DNA of 32,000 bases from Geotalea uraniireducens Rf4 (GCF_000016745.1 NC_009483.1:4650001-4682000), one strand, 5' to 3'. Positions 16,133-24,991 are shown, counted from the stretch's first letter. Notes: generated from the letters alone by a model not told the origin. Program-made: numbers and translations.

Positions 16133-17260
16133 TTATAGGAATATCTTGATTAATCTGGACAGTGCCCCATCTTTAACATCGAGCGCACCATCCGGACAGA
16201 GTTCGCGACAACAGAAACAGCGGATGCAGGCGTGGTAGTCGAAATGAAGCTTTCCATCCCTGATCTCAATGGCGTGGGGCGGGCAGGCGTCTCGGCAAAT
16301 TCCGCACAATCGGCATTTTTCCGGCATGACGCATGGGCGGGAGGTGAGATAATGGCGGAGACGGTTCTTGAGAAAGGGGGGAAGGCCGAACTGCACATCG
16401 GAAATGTGAGGGAGACGGAAATCCGCCACACACGCTTCGTCAACAGACAATCCTGCCGTGCTGATTGTCGATCTGTCCGCCCCGTCAATGCCGAGCCGCG
16501 CAGCAACCTGCTCCACATAAAGCAATTTTTTCGGTATGCCTGCAATTTCCGCAGCAATGACGTCCACCGAAACCGCATTTGCGCCGGCGAGAAGGAGTCC
16601 GACCTGGCGGGGATCGCCGCTCCCCGGGCCATTCCCTTCCATGGCAATGACGGCATCGACAATGGTCAGGTCCGGTTTGCGGAGGAGATACAGTTCTACC
16701 AGCATCCGGGCGAACATTTCCCGATCCGCTCCCGCCTTCAGGTGCCAACCCGCCTTTGCATGTCCGACCACCGCACCGAACAGGTTTTTCACGGCGCAGG
16801 TCATGGTCATCATCTCGTGAGTCTTGAGTTTGGGGAGGTTGATGATTTTATCCGCCTCCAGATAAGGTCGGGCCAGCGCAAAGCGCTTGAAGGTGCCTGC
16901 CCCGGAAACCTCCACCGACTCGGCAAACTCCGTGAGCTCCGCGCCGGTTTCATTGATGACCGACAGCATCCCGGACCTTTCAGCCACCCGGTCAATGCCG
17001 CCAATACCGGGAGAATCCCCCACGAGCGCCACCCCGCCCGCCTCCTGCACCAGCTCGACGACCGCCCGCAGGACTTCGGGATGTGTGGTGACCGCTGCTT
17101 CCGGTGGCTTGGCAGAAAGCATGTTCGGTTTCAGAAGAACCCGCTCACCCGGCCCGACAAATGCACCCATGCCGCCAAGCGGCGCCAACAGGCGGATAAT
17201 GCCGCTCTTTATTGCATCTCTTTCGTAGACATTCACTCTCTCGATGGCAACGAGGTGCAT
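16133..17260 (-). CDS. DUF362-domain protein with a C-terminal 2x[4Fe-4S] ferredoxin domain
   Basis: C-terminal CRLCGICRDACP and CIRCFCCRELCP motifs. The N-terminal region is DUF362-like (VLLKPNML...HPEVLRAVVELV). I place the start at ATG 17260 (GGGAGGG RBS), which gives a 70-bp divergent spacer with xerC. The ORF-track start at 17350 would overlap xerC. Confidence 0.75.
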   Translation of the reverse strand: MHLVAIERVNVYERDAIKSGIIRLLAPLGGMGAFVGPGERVLLKPNMLSAKPPEAAVTTHPEVLRAVVELVQEAGGVALVGDSPGIGGIDRVAERSGMLSVINETGAELTEFAESVEVSGAGTFKRFALARPYLEADKIINLPKLKTHEMMTMTCAVKNLFGAVVGHAKAGWHLKAGADREMFARMLVELYLLRKPDLTIVDAVIAMEGNGPGSGDPRQVGLLLAGANAVSVDVIAAEIAGIPKKLLYVEQVAARLGIDGADRSTISTAGLSVDEACVADFRLPHISDVQFGLPPFLKNRLRHYLTSRPCVMPEKCRLCGICRDACPPHAIEIRDGKLHFDYHACIRCFCCRELCPDGALDVKDGALSRLIKIFL

Positions 17261-17329
17261 CTTCCCTCCCAAGCTGTCATGGCCGGCAAAACCATTGTAA
17301 AATCCGCGCTGATTGGTTAAAGTCATACC

Positions 17330-18214
17330 ATGAAACAGGCAATAGAGCAATTCTGCCGCTACCTTTCCACTGAGCGGAATGTTTCACCACACACCCTGGG
17401 TGCCTATCGGAGCGACCTGGAGCAGTTCCTGGCGTTCATCGACCGGGAGCAGCGTCCCGGAGCCGACGTCAACAGCGTAACCCATTTGCTCATCAGACGG
17501 TACATGGCCCAGCTCCACAAAGACCACCAGAAGAGCTCCATCGGCAGGAAACTTGCGGCGATCCGCGCCTTTTTCCGATACCTGCTGCGCGAGGGACTGG
17601 CGGCAAAAAATCCGGCCGAGCTTGTCAGCACACCAAAAATGGAGAAAAAGGTTCCCTTCCACCTCAACATCGACGAGGTTACCGCTCTGGTGGAAGCGCC
17701 GCAAAGCGCCGACAGCTTGAGCCTGCGCAACCGTGCCATACTGGAGACCCTTTATTCGTGCGGCATCAGGGTCTCTGAGCTGACCGGACTCAATGTGGGA
17801 GACGTGGACATGGACGAGCGGCTCGCGCGGGTGCTGGGCAAGGGAAACAAGGAACGGATCGTGCCGGTGGGCACTTATGCCCGCAACGCATTGGCCGCCT
17901 ACCTGGCCTCACGGAACAATCCCTCCATGGACGCCCCGCTGATCCTCAACGCCAGGGGGGGGCGGCTGACCAGTCGTAGCGTGGCCCGCATCATCGACAA
18001 GTACATCATAAAAATCGCCGCCATGAAGAAGGTCTCACCCCATACCCTGCGCCATACATTCGCCACCCATATGCTGGAAGGGGGAGCAGACCTGCGCGCC
18101 ATCCAGGAACTCCTCGGCCACTCATCGCTCTCCACTACCCAGAAATACACCCATGTGAGCATCGATCGGCTTATGGAGGTCTACGACAAAGCCCACCCCA
18201 AAGCGCGGAGCTGA
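17330..18214 (+). CDS. xerC: tyrosine site-specific recombinase XerC
   Basis: 294 aa. The N-terminal SAM-like domain reads FCRYLSTERNVSPHTLGAYRSDLEQFL. The catalytic R...HTLRHTFATHML...LLGHSSLSTTQKYTH residues are present. The C-terminal EVYDKAHPKA resembles XerC more than XerD. Confidence 0.8.
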   Translation: MKQAIEQFCRYLSTERNVSPHTLGAYRSDLEQFLAFIDREQRPGADVNSVTHLLIRRYMAQLHKDHQKSSIGRKLAAIRAFFRYLLREGLAAKNPAELVSTPKMEKKVPFHLNIDEVTALVEAPQSADSLSLRNRAILETLYSCGIRVSELTGLNVGDVDMDERLARVLGKGNKERIVPVGTYARNALAAYLASRNNPSMDAPLILNARGGRLTSRSVARIIDKYIIKIAAMKKVSPHTLRHTFATHMLEGGADLRAIQELLGHSSLSTTQKYTHVSIDRLMEVYDKAHPKARS

Positions 18215-18299
18215 CAACGATGATCCAGCAGCACCTTGCGACAAGCCCTTTACAACCACCGGCAAGGGGGATACAATCGGTTCCCCGGAGGTTGCACCC

Positions 18300-18731
18300 A
18301 TGAAACTGACCCAGCACCTTGCAGTTACCGGTATTGCTGCCGCGGCCCGTTTCCCCTTTCGGAGCGGTGAGCAGATTCTCCTCTTTTCCGTCGGCAGTGT
18401 GCTCATCGACGTGGACCATTATTTTCTCTATATCCGGCGGACGGGGCGGTTTGATGTTAGGGGGATGTTCCGCTATTTCGAAGAACTTTGGAAGATAGAA
18501 AAGGATATCCCCTACGTCGGGCTCTGCCTGTTCCACACTTTTGATTTTTTCTTGGCCGTCGGCCTTCTCGCCTTCCATTATCCGGTCATGCTGTCGCTTC
18601 TCGCCGGGCTCCTCTTCCATTTCGTCGTTGACCTTTTCGACCTCGTTCGCAAAGGGGTACCCTTTATCCGTGCCTACTTTCTCCTGGAGCACCTCATCCG
18701 GCGGCGAGACAAGGGGTATCCTTATTACTGA
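18300..18731 (+). CDS. small polytopic membrane protein, DUF457/YdjM-like (putative metal-dependent hydrolase family)
   Basis: 143 aa with 3-4 hydrophobic helices and a GSVLIDVDH motif reminiscent of DUF457. GGAGGT RBS. The family assignment is tentative. Confidence 0.45.
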   Translation: MKLTQHLAVTGIAAAARFPFRSGEQILLFSVGSVLIDVDHYFLYIRRTGRFDVRGMFRYFEELWKIEKDIPYVGLCLFHTFDFFLAVGLLAFHYPVMLSLLAGLLFHFVVDLFDLVRKGVPFIRAYFLLEHLIRRRDKGYPYY

Positions 18732-18812
18732 CCCCGCCAAGAAATTTCACGTTTTGCAGTCGATTTATCATCACCGCAGGGTTTACCGACCTGATAATTC
18801 GAAGGAGTAGGC

Positions 18813-19271
18813 ATGAAAATCTGGATTGATGCCGACGCATGCCCAAGGGTTATCAAGGAGATGGTGTTCCGGGCGTCGGAGCGTCTTCAGGTGCCGGTCT
18901 GCCTGGTTGCCAACAAGGATCTGTCCAAGGCCCATTCGCGGTTGATAACCTCCATCCTGGTTGCCGATGGGTTTGACATAGCTGACGACTATATTGCCGA
19001 GCACGCGGCACCGGAGGACTTGGTAATTACCGCCGACATCCCCCTGGCCGCTCGGATTGTTGCCAACGGCGGAGTCGCCCTCGACCCGCGGGGCGAACTT
19101 TACACCGAGGAGAATGTGGGAGAGCGACTCTCCATCCGCGACCTGATGCAGGAACTACGGTCGGCCGGGCTCGTCCAGGGTGGCCCAGCCCAGTTCGGCC
19201 TCACCGACCGGAAGCGGTTTGCCTCTGCCCTGGACCGCACGCTGACCCGCATGGTAAAACGGAAACGATAA
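18813..19271 (+). CDS. yaiI: UPF0178 / DUF188 family protein (YaiI/YqxD)
   Basis: [34 protein letters not shown]... is a typical YaiI N-terminus. 152 aa. AAGGAG RBS. Confidence 0.8.
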
Positions 19272-19358
19272 TTTCTGCCCCGGCAAGAACTCCGGGGTCT
19301 CTGTACCGACACACAACTCAGATCAGGGCCACTACAAATACAAGGAGTATCGTTTCCC

Positions 19359-19904
19359 ATGGCTCTCCCCGCAACTATTTACCGCGCCACAATCCAGCTT
19401 TCCGATGTGGATCGCAATCTTTACGAGACATTGCAGGCAACCGTCGCCCAACACCCGTCAGAAACCGAGGAGCGCCTGGTGGCGCGCCTTCTGGCCTATG
19501 CCCTCAGCTATGCGCCGGATCTGGCCTTCACCAAGGGAGTAAGCGCCGCTGACGAGCCGGACCTTTGGGTCAAGGGACCTGACGGTCGGGTGACTACCTG
19601 GATCGAAGTCGGCCTGCCCGATCCGGAGCGGTTGGCAAAGGCAAGCCGTCATGTGGGGAGGGTAATCCTTTTCGCCTCCGGTCATGCCCTGCCCCGCTGG
19701 GAGGAGCAGCATCTGGCAAAACTTCGCGGCATCTCCAACCTCACTATCCTCGGCATCGACCAGACTTTTCTCACCAGGTTGGTCGGCCGACTGCAGCGTT
19801 CCATCGCCTGGGATCTCACCATCACAGAAGGCGCCATCTACCTCACGGTCGGCGGCGAAACCCTGGAGACGACCCTGGCAAATATAAAGTTAGCAGAAAA
19901 ATGA
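19359..19904 (+). CDS. yaeQ: YaeQ family protein
   Basis: MALPATIYRATIQLSDVDRNLYETLQATVAQHPSETEERLVARLLAYAL is characteristic of YaeQ. 181 aa. Confidence 0.8.
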   Translation: MALPATIYRATIQLSDVDRNLYETLQATVAQHPSETEERLVARLLAYALSYAPDLAFTKGVSAADEPDLWVKGPDGRVTTWIEVGLPDPERLAKASRHVGRVILFASGHALPRWEEQHLAKLRGISNLTILGIDQTFLTRLVGRLQRSIAWDLTITEGAIYLTVGGETLETTLANIKLAEK

Positions 19905-20038
19905 CATCCGCTACCCAACCTTGCGGCAACGGGTCCGAGTCACAGGCAAGCGGTTGGCATAAAACGCCGGTTCGTGACAGGAAAGGAATTGCTGCTACTA
20001 TTAATATCAGGACACTCGTAGGGGAGGGAGGGATGGAG

Positions 20039-20236
20039 ATGACCTGGGAATACAAGATTGTCTATAGCAGCATGGAACTTGCGGATGAAGAGGAATATGA
20101 ACAGCGTCTCCACGATAGTGTACGGATGCTCAACAATCTAGGCAGCGAAGGGTGGGAGCTGATCAGCTTTTTGCCGCACCGCACTGCCGCCAAGCAGACC
20201 AAGTACCATGCCGTGCTGAAGCGCCGGAACAGCTAA
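20039..20236 (+). CDS. DUF4177-domain small protein
   Basis: MTWEYKIVY...LNNLGSEGWELISFLP. A strong GGGGAGGGAGGG SD lies just upstream. The ORF-track form (19901..20236) adds a 44-46 aa low-complexity extension that starts with an ATGA overlap on the yaeQ stop codon. The start is therefore ambiguous. Confidence 0.65.
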   Translation: MTWEYKIVYSSMELADEEEYEQRLHDSVRMLNNLGSEGWELISFLPHRTAAKQTKYHAVLKRRNS

Positions 20237-20281
20237 AAGGCGGCGCAGACATGGCAAGTCACAACCGCCAGGGAGCGTAAA

Positions 20282-20680
20282 ATGAAAAAAGAGATAGAAG
20301 AGTTTCTCAAGGCAGGGGCTTTCGGCGTTGTCGGCGCATCCGCAGATCGCTCAAAGTATGGCAACCGGGTTTTGCGCTGTTACCAGCAGCACGGCCTTAA
20401 GGCCATCCCGGTGAACCCGAAGACAAAGGAGATCGAAGGTGCGGCATGCGTCGCCTCGGTCCCCGACCTGCCAGACGAAGTGACAAGCATCTCGGTCATC
20501 ACCCCGCCGACGATTACCGAGCAGGTAGTTGAGCAAGCAGCTCAGAAAGGGATTAAAAATATCTGGATGCAGCCGGGAGCGGAGAGTCCGCGGGCGGTAA
20601 ACTTTTGCCGCGAGCACGGCATCAACGTCATCGCTGACGGAAGCTGCATACTCGTGGTTCTCGGTTACAGGGACCACTGA
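20282..20680 (+). CDS. CoA-binding domain protein (YccU/YneT-like)
   Basis: 132 aa. FGVVGASADRSKYGNRVLR...GLKAIPVNPK...IWMQPGAES is a typical CoA_binding_2 pattern. Confidence 0.8.
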   Translation: MKKEIEEFLKAGAFGVVGASADRSKYGNRVLRCYQQHGLKAIPVNPKTKEIEGAACVASVPDLPDEVTSISVITPPTITEQVVEQAAQKGIKNIWMQPGAESPRAVNFCREHGINVIADGSCILVVLGYRDH

Positions 20681-20704
20681 AGACCGGCAGCGACGGCGAC
20701 TTGA

Positions 20705-22846
20705 TCATAGCGTGAAATTAGCCATCTCATTTTGCAATGACTCGGTGTTGGCGCCCAGCTTGGATACGCCATTATCCACCACCCGCGTTTCCTGCCGGAC
20801 TGTCGAGGTCGAGCGCTGGATGCTCTCCACCACCGTCTGGATGCGCAGGCTGCCATTGGTCTGATCCACACACGCCTCCCGAATGCGGCTGCTCGATTCC
20901 GACACGTGCAGCGTCATGCGACTGATCGATTCACCGACCGTTGCCTGCTCCTTCATGGACCGCATCACCATAGACGAAAATTCCCGCACCCGGCCGACCT
21001 CGGTATGGATCAATTCGCTCCCCTTGCGCTGTTGACGCGTAGTGTCGGCAATGCTGTTTGCCATCGTGGCAACCTGCTCCATGGCAGTGCGAATCAGCTC
21101 GCTGCCCTTTGCCTGTTCCCGTGTGGCACGTGCGATTTCTGCCATTTGTACGGCCGTCCGATCAACACCTTCCACAATTTTACCCAGGGTATTTCCCGCT
21201 TGCAAAGAGAGTTGCTCACCAGTTTTGATGCTTTCTTCGGCGGCGGCTATGGCACTCACAGCGCGGCTTGTTTCGCTCTGGACACCGGTAATCGCCTCAG
21301 CAATCTCACGGGTTGAGCGGGTAGTCCGCTCCGCAAGCTGTTTAATCTCGGCAGCAACGACTCCGAACCCCTTACCGTGCGCCCCTGTCTGTGCGGCAAT
21401 GATGGAAGCATTGAGAGCAAGGAGGTTGGTCTGTCGGGCAATCTCGTCAATAACGGTGATGATTGATCCGATGCTCTGCGCCTTCTGCGAAAGAGAGCCG
21501 ATCGCCTCAGCAGCTACCCGGGACGCGTGCGTAATGCCGTCAATCCCGACAATGGTTTCGTCGACCGCTTTTTTGCCGGTCTCGGCATCACAGCGCACCG
21601 CGTCCGAGATTGCAGCGCTCTCCTTGGCATATGCCTCGATCTGCCGGATCGAAGTATCAAACTCAAGTACCGACGATGCCGTGCTGGTTGAAGTGTCGGT
21701 AAGGGCCTGGACACCGGCATCAATCTGCTTGATGGATTCGGTCATCTGAATAATGGAAACGCTGATTCCGTCAACGGAAGTCGCCAGGTTTTCCATGTTC
21801 CGGGCCACCGTCTCGATGCTTTCAGCGAGTTCCAAAACGGATGAGGAACTTTCAGATGCCGAGGTGTTGAGACCGTCTACACCGTAAGCCACCTTGCCGA
21901 CCAGCTGGTGAATCTCTCGGGAGGCAACTGTGGTTTCCGCCACGTCTGCCGCCTGCTGCTCGGCCGACAGGATCATGGTACGCGAGGCCTGGGCGATCTC
22001 TGTAGAGATTGTACCGAGTTCACGGACAGTGTTGGTAATTCTGCCGATCATCGACCTCAAATCTGCGACCATGGCATTGAGCGAGTTTCCGAGATCGCCG
22101 ATTTCATCGGCGCGGGTAATGTCAAGTGTCCTTGTCAGGTCCCCCGATGCCACGGCCGCTGCAAAGGAGCATCCCTGGTCGATGGAACGCTTGATCCCCC
22201 GGCCGACTGACCAGGCAAGAACGACAAGGGCAAGGGAAAAGAAGAGCGATGCTGCGAGGATGAATTGACGGAGCGTTTCAAGTTTTTCTTTGAAGGCATC
22301 GATGTACAAGCCGCTGCCGACAATCCAGCCCCACGGTTTGTATAGTTTCACATAGGAAATCTTCGGCGCCGGCTGCGTCTCGCCAGGCTTTGGCCACATA
22401 TAGGCGACAAAGCCCTCCCCTTTGACTTCGCATTCTTTTATGAACTCCTTGAAGAGATGCTTGCCGTTGGGGTCCTTGTAGTCTGCCAAGTCCATGCCAT
22501 CAAGTTCCGGCTTGGTAGGATGCATTACCATGCGCGGGACAAGGTCATTGATCCAGAAATATTCCGTCCCCCCGTAACGCAGCTGCTTGATTTTACCCAT
22601 GACCTCCTTCTGGGCTTCTTCAAGGGAGATACGCCCCTCCTCCACTGCCAGCGCCCCTTGGGCGATCTGTTGATAGGCAATCTCAACCACGTTGCGGACT
22701 TTCAGCTTCTCCTGTTCCATCAACCATGCCTCAATCTTCGGCAAGATTATCAGTTCAGTCCCCAAGACGATCAGAATGAGACTGATAAGTGGAATCATCA
22801 TGATTTTCCAGAGAATAGACCAATTTCTGTAGCTTTTAAATCGCAC
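20705..22846 (-). CDS. methyl-accepting chemotaxis protein with a periplasmic single-Cache (sCache_2) sensor, HAMP, and an unusually long signalling domain
   Basis: TM1 is followed by a Cache_2 signature (YFWINDLVPRMVMHP...GFVAYMWPKPG...PWGWIVGSGLY), TM2, and HAMP (DEIGDLGNSLNAMV). The hairpin tip reads LLALNASIIAAQTGAHGKGFGVVAAEIKQLAERT. The start codon at 22846 is GTG, preceded by AAAGGA. Confidence 0.9.
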   Translation of the reverse strand: MRFKSYRNWSILWKIMMIPLISLILIVLGTELIILPKIEAWLMEQEKLKVRNVVEIAYQQIAQGALAVEEGRISLEEAQKEVMGKIKQLRYGGTEYFWINDLVPRMVMHPTKPELDGMDLADYKDPNGKHLFKEFIKECEVKGEGFVAYMWPKPGETQPAPKISYVKLYKPWGWIVGSGLYIDAFKEKLETLRQFILAASLFFSLALVVLAWSVGRGIKRSIDQGCSFAAAVASGDLTRTLDITRADEIGDLGNSLNAMVADLRSMIGRITNTVRELGTISTEIAQASRTMILSAEQQAADVAETTVASREIHQLVGKVAYGVDGLNTSASESSSSVLELAESIETVARNMENLATSVDGISVSIIQMTESIKQIDAGVQALTDTSTSTASSVLEFDTSIRQIEAYAKESAAISDAVRCDAETGKKAVDETIVGIDGITHASRVAAEAIGSLSQKAQSIGSIITVIDEIARQTNLLALNASIIAAQTGAHGKGFGVVAAEIKQLAERTTRSTREIAEAITGVQSETSRAVSAIAAAEESIKTGEQLSLQAGNTLGKIVEGVDRTAVQMAEIARATREQAKGSELIRTAMEQVATMANSIADTTRQQRKGSELIHTEVGRVREFSSMVMRSMKEQATVGESISRMTLHVSESSSRIREACVDQTNGSLRIQTVVESIQRSTSTVRQETRVVDNGVSKLGANTESLQNEMANFTL

Positions 22847-23048
22847 GTATATCCTTTTTCAAAACAATTGACTGCTGTATTTATTATCTGATAATGACAA
22901 GATAGGACTGCTGAATTGATGAATAGGCAGACATATAGCACAGTTTTATAACAATGTTTACAAAAATACGGTGTACAAATTCTAAGGATTTCACACATTA
23001 GCTAAAACTTCATTGGCCCATGAATATGTTGTACGTTGATTCAACCAC

Positions 23049-23076
23049 TTGACATTGCCAGCAGAACCAATATAAT
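23049..23076 (+). promoter_or_regulatory. consensus sigma70 promoter for the cold-shock gene (TTGACA-N16-TATAAT)
   Basis: TTGACA at 23049..23054 and TATAAT at 23071..23076, in an AT-rich intergenic region. This gives a leader of about 50 nt up to the AGGAGA RBS and the ATG at 23132. Confidence 0.65.
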
Positions 23077-23131
23077 TAGTTAACATTAATAATGCGGATG
23101 AAAATTTTAACGCGTCAGGAGAACGAACATA

Positions 23132-23332
23132 ATGGAAAAAGGCACTGTGAAATGGTTTAACGAAAGTAAGGGGTTTGGATTTATTGCAAGAGAAAACGGT
23201 GAGGATGTATTCGTCCATTTCTCAGCCATCACGGGTGAAGGATTTAAAACCCTTGCCGAAGGCGATACGGTAACGTTCGATGTGGTCAAGGGCCCGAAGG
23301 GCCTTCAGGCAGCCAACGTAAAGAAAGTATAA
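23132..23332 (+). CDS. cold-shock protein (CspA family, CSD)
   Basis: 66 aa. [15 protein letters not shown] (RNP1) and DVFVHFS (RNP2). Confidence 0.97.
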   Translation: MEKGTVKWFNESKGFGFIARENGEDVFVHFSAITGEGFKTLAEGDTVTFDVVKGPKGLQAANVKKV

Positions 23333-23414
23333 AAAGGGACGGAAGGGGATATAGATAGTATCCCGCATGGGATAAAGGAAAAATCCGGCCTGTGGCCAAA
23401 GATATTTAATTTCT

Positions 23415-23445
23415 CATCCGGGGTTTCCGGATGGAAACTATTTAG
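23415..23445. repeat. partial copy or terminal motif of the sucC-sucD spacer element
   Basis: GTTTCCGGATGGAAACTATTTAG (23423..23445) matches 2192..2214 at 22 of 23 positions. It is preceded by a CATCCGG-GGTTT-CCGGATG hairpin. Confidence 0.6.
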
Positions 23446-23595
23446 ATTCCTGATGGATTCCCTATTCTAGCGCCATACACCGGGGTTACGCCCTGTTCTT
23501 GCATGTCACTACATTTTTCCTTTATGCAAACGCCTGAGGAGAAATCAATAACATGCAATCCGGGCTGTGCCTCGCCCTCGGAATGCTGTGCAGAC

Positions 23596-23628
23596 AAAAA
23601 AAAGCCCCGGATTTCTCCGGGGCTTTTC
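23596..23628. terminator. bidirectional intrinsic terminator shared by the convergent csp genes
   Basis: AAAAAAAA-GCCCCGGA-TTTC-TCCGGGGC-TTTT. Confidence 0.8.
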
Positions 23629-23649
23629 GTGTCGAATCGAGTTTTGTAA

Positions 23650-23850
23650 TTAAACTCTGGTTACGTTGGCTGCCTGAAGGCCCTTCGGACCATTGGTCAC
23701 ATCGAACGTTACCCTATCACCTTCAGCAAGGGATTTAAAGCCGTCGCCCGTGATAGCGGAGAAATGGACAAATACGTCTTCGCCATTTTCCTGCTCAAGA
23801 AAACCAAACCCCTTGCTGTCATTAAACCATTTCACTGTTCCGTTTGCCAT
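23650..23850 (-). CDS. cold-shock protein (CspA family, CSD), paralog
   Basis: 66 aa. [15 protein letters not shown] and DVFVHFS. By eye it is identical to the 23132..23332 product at roughly four of five residues. Confidence 0.97.
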   Translation of the reverse strand: MANGTVKWFNDSKGFGFLEQENGEDVFVHFSAITGDGFKSLAEGDRVTFDVTNGPKGLQAANVTRV

Positions 23851-23960
23851 TTGCTTACTTCTCCTAATACTTCTTGTTAATTTTATCCGGGAAAATCCGC
23901 GGACGTTAAAAGACCGTAACAGCTTTGCTTAAACATTGTCAAGCTATTTAATCTGTTACA

Positions 23961-24791
23961 TTATTTATTTCGCAGTTTGATGCTTTCTTCCGTCAGTTCT
24001 ATAAAACCATCCTTATAGAGGCTGCCTATTGCTTTTTTAAAGGTCTTTTTGCTCATCTTAAGGACTTCGCCGATCAACACCGGTGAGCTTTTATCACTGA
24101 GCGGGAGAAATCCGCCGGATGCCTCCAGGGTTTTCATGATCCGCTCCTTGCTCCCGTCTATCCCCGAGTAACCGCTCCTTCTCAGGGTTACGTCGATCTT
24201 TTTATCTTCCCGGATTTTGTTGACATACCCCTTGAGCCGGGTACCCGGCACCGGCTTGCCATAAAGCTCATTTCTAAACAAAAGCCCAGCGTAGAGGCCG
24301 TTGATGATGACTTTTGCTCCGAGGTCTGTGAATTCGTAGATCATCAGGTCCACCTCTTCGCCGAATTTCAACGGAATTAATTCCGCTTCGAGAAATTTGC
24401 CAATCTTTGCCGAAGCTGCAATCCGCTCTGATCTATCCAGATATAACCTGACGAGGTATTTCTCCCGTTTTTTCATCGGCACCGGCTGTTCGCTGAACGG
24501 CACGAAAAGGTCTTTTTCCAGCCCCCAATCCAGAAAGGCGCCAATCGGGCTGTTATCCTTGACCTCCAGAACGGCAAAGTCGCCGACCTGGGCTTTCGGG
24601 ATTTGTGACGTGGCGATCAGCCTGTCGTCGGAATCCAGGTAGATAAACACTTTGACAACGTCGCCCGGCTTCAATCCGTCAGGAGCGTATTTCTGCGGCA
24701 AAAGAATTTCACCCGCTTCCGAAGCGAGATACGCGCCAAAGGAGGATATTTTTTTCACTTCCAGTTGATTATACTTTCCGATTTCAAGCAT
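23961..24791 (-). CDS. S1-like RNA-binding domain protein (CvfB/YitL family)
   Basis: 276 aa. It has tandem S1-like barrels (GAYLASEAGEILLPQKY...GDVVKVFIY; GAFLDWGLEKDLFVPFSE) and a C-terminal winged-helix-like segment (KKTFKKAIGSLYKDGFIEL). Confidence 0.8.
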   Translation of the reverse strand: MLEIGKYNQLEVKKISSFGAYLASEAGEILLPQKYAPDGLKPGDVVKVFIYLDSDDRLIATSQIPKAQVGDFAVLEVKDNSPIGAFLDWGLEKDLFVPFSEQPVPMKKREKYLVRLYLDRSERIAASAKIGKFLEAELIPLKFGEEVDLMIYEFTDLGAKVIINGLYAGLLFRNELYGKPVPGTRLKGYVNKIREDKKIDVTLRRSGYSGIDGSKERIMKTLEASGGFLPLSDKSSPVLIGEVLKMSKKTFKKAIGSLYKDGFIELTEESIKLRNK

Positions 24792-24913
24792 TCAGTTTTC
24801 ATTCCCCGTTATTACTTTTCACATTCACACGACTTCTTCATTAATGCACAGATTATAGCATTTGCCTGGCTGGTTGTAGAGTTCTTTCTTGCATCTCCCC
24901 CCGGATCACATAA

Positions 24914-24937
24914 CAAAAAAAGCCTGCAAGGCAGGCT
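24914..24937 (-). terminator. intrinsic terminator downstream of the small HTH gene
   Basis: Minus-strand AGCCTGC-CTT-GCAGGCT followed by TTTTTTTT. Confidence 0.75.
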
Positions 24938-24991
24938 TCAGGCAGGGACTCTCGTTTGTGCAGAGGACTCCCGTTGAAAAGCGACTTCATA

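Noticed and set aside
14229-17320. The plus-strand ORFs 14229..15305 (358 aa) and 16232..17320 (362 aa).
   Set aside because: They are antisense shadows of the SLT/LysM transglycosylase gene and the DUF362/ferredoxin gene. Both of those genes carry diagnostic motifs on the minus strand.
17330-18214. The tyrosine recombinase as a marker of an integrated mobile element or genomic island.
   Set aside because: Its sequence features, especially the C-terminal region, look like housekeeping XerC. There are no flanking att-like repeats, tRNA gene, phage genes or transposase genes, and the neighbouring genes are ordinary conserved genes.
19901-20038. A 111-aa version of the DUF4177 protein starting at ATG 19901, with an ATGA overlap on the yaeQ stop codon.
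   Set aside because: The extra 44-46 residues are low-complexity, and an exceptionally strong GGGGAGGGAGGG SD precedes the internal ATGs (20033 and 20039), where the DUF4177 domain begins. The longer form cannot be fully excluded.
21042-22268. The plus-strand ORFs inside the MCP gene (21042..21749, 21908..22268 and others).
   Set aside because: They are antisense to the highly conserved MCP signalling domain. Ala/Ser-rich coiled-coil genes routinely generate such frames.
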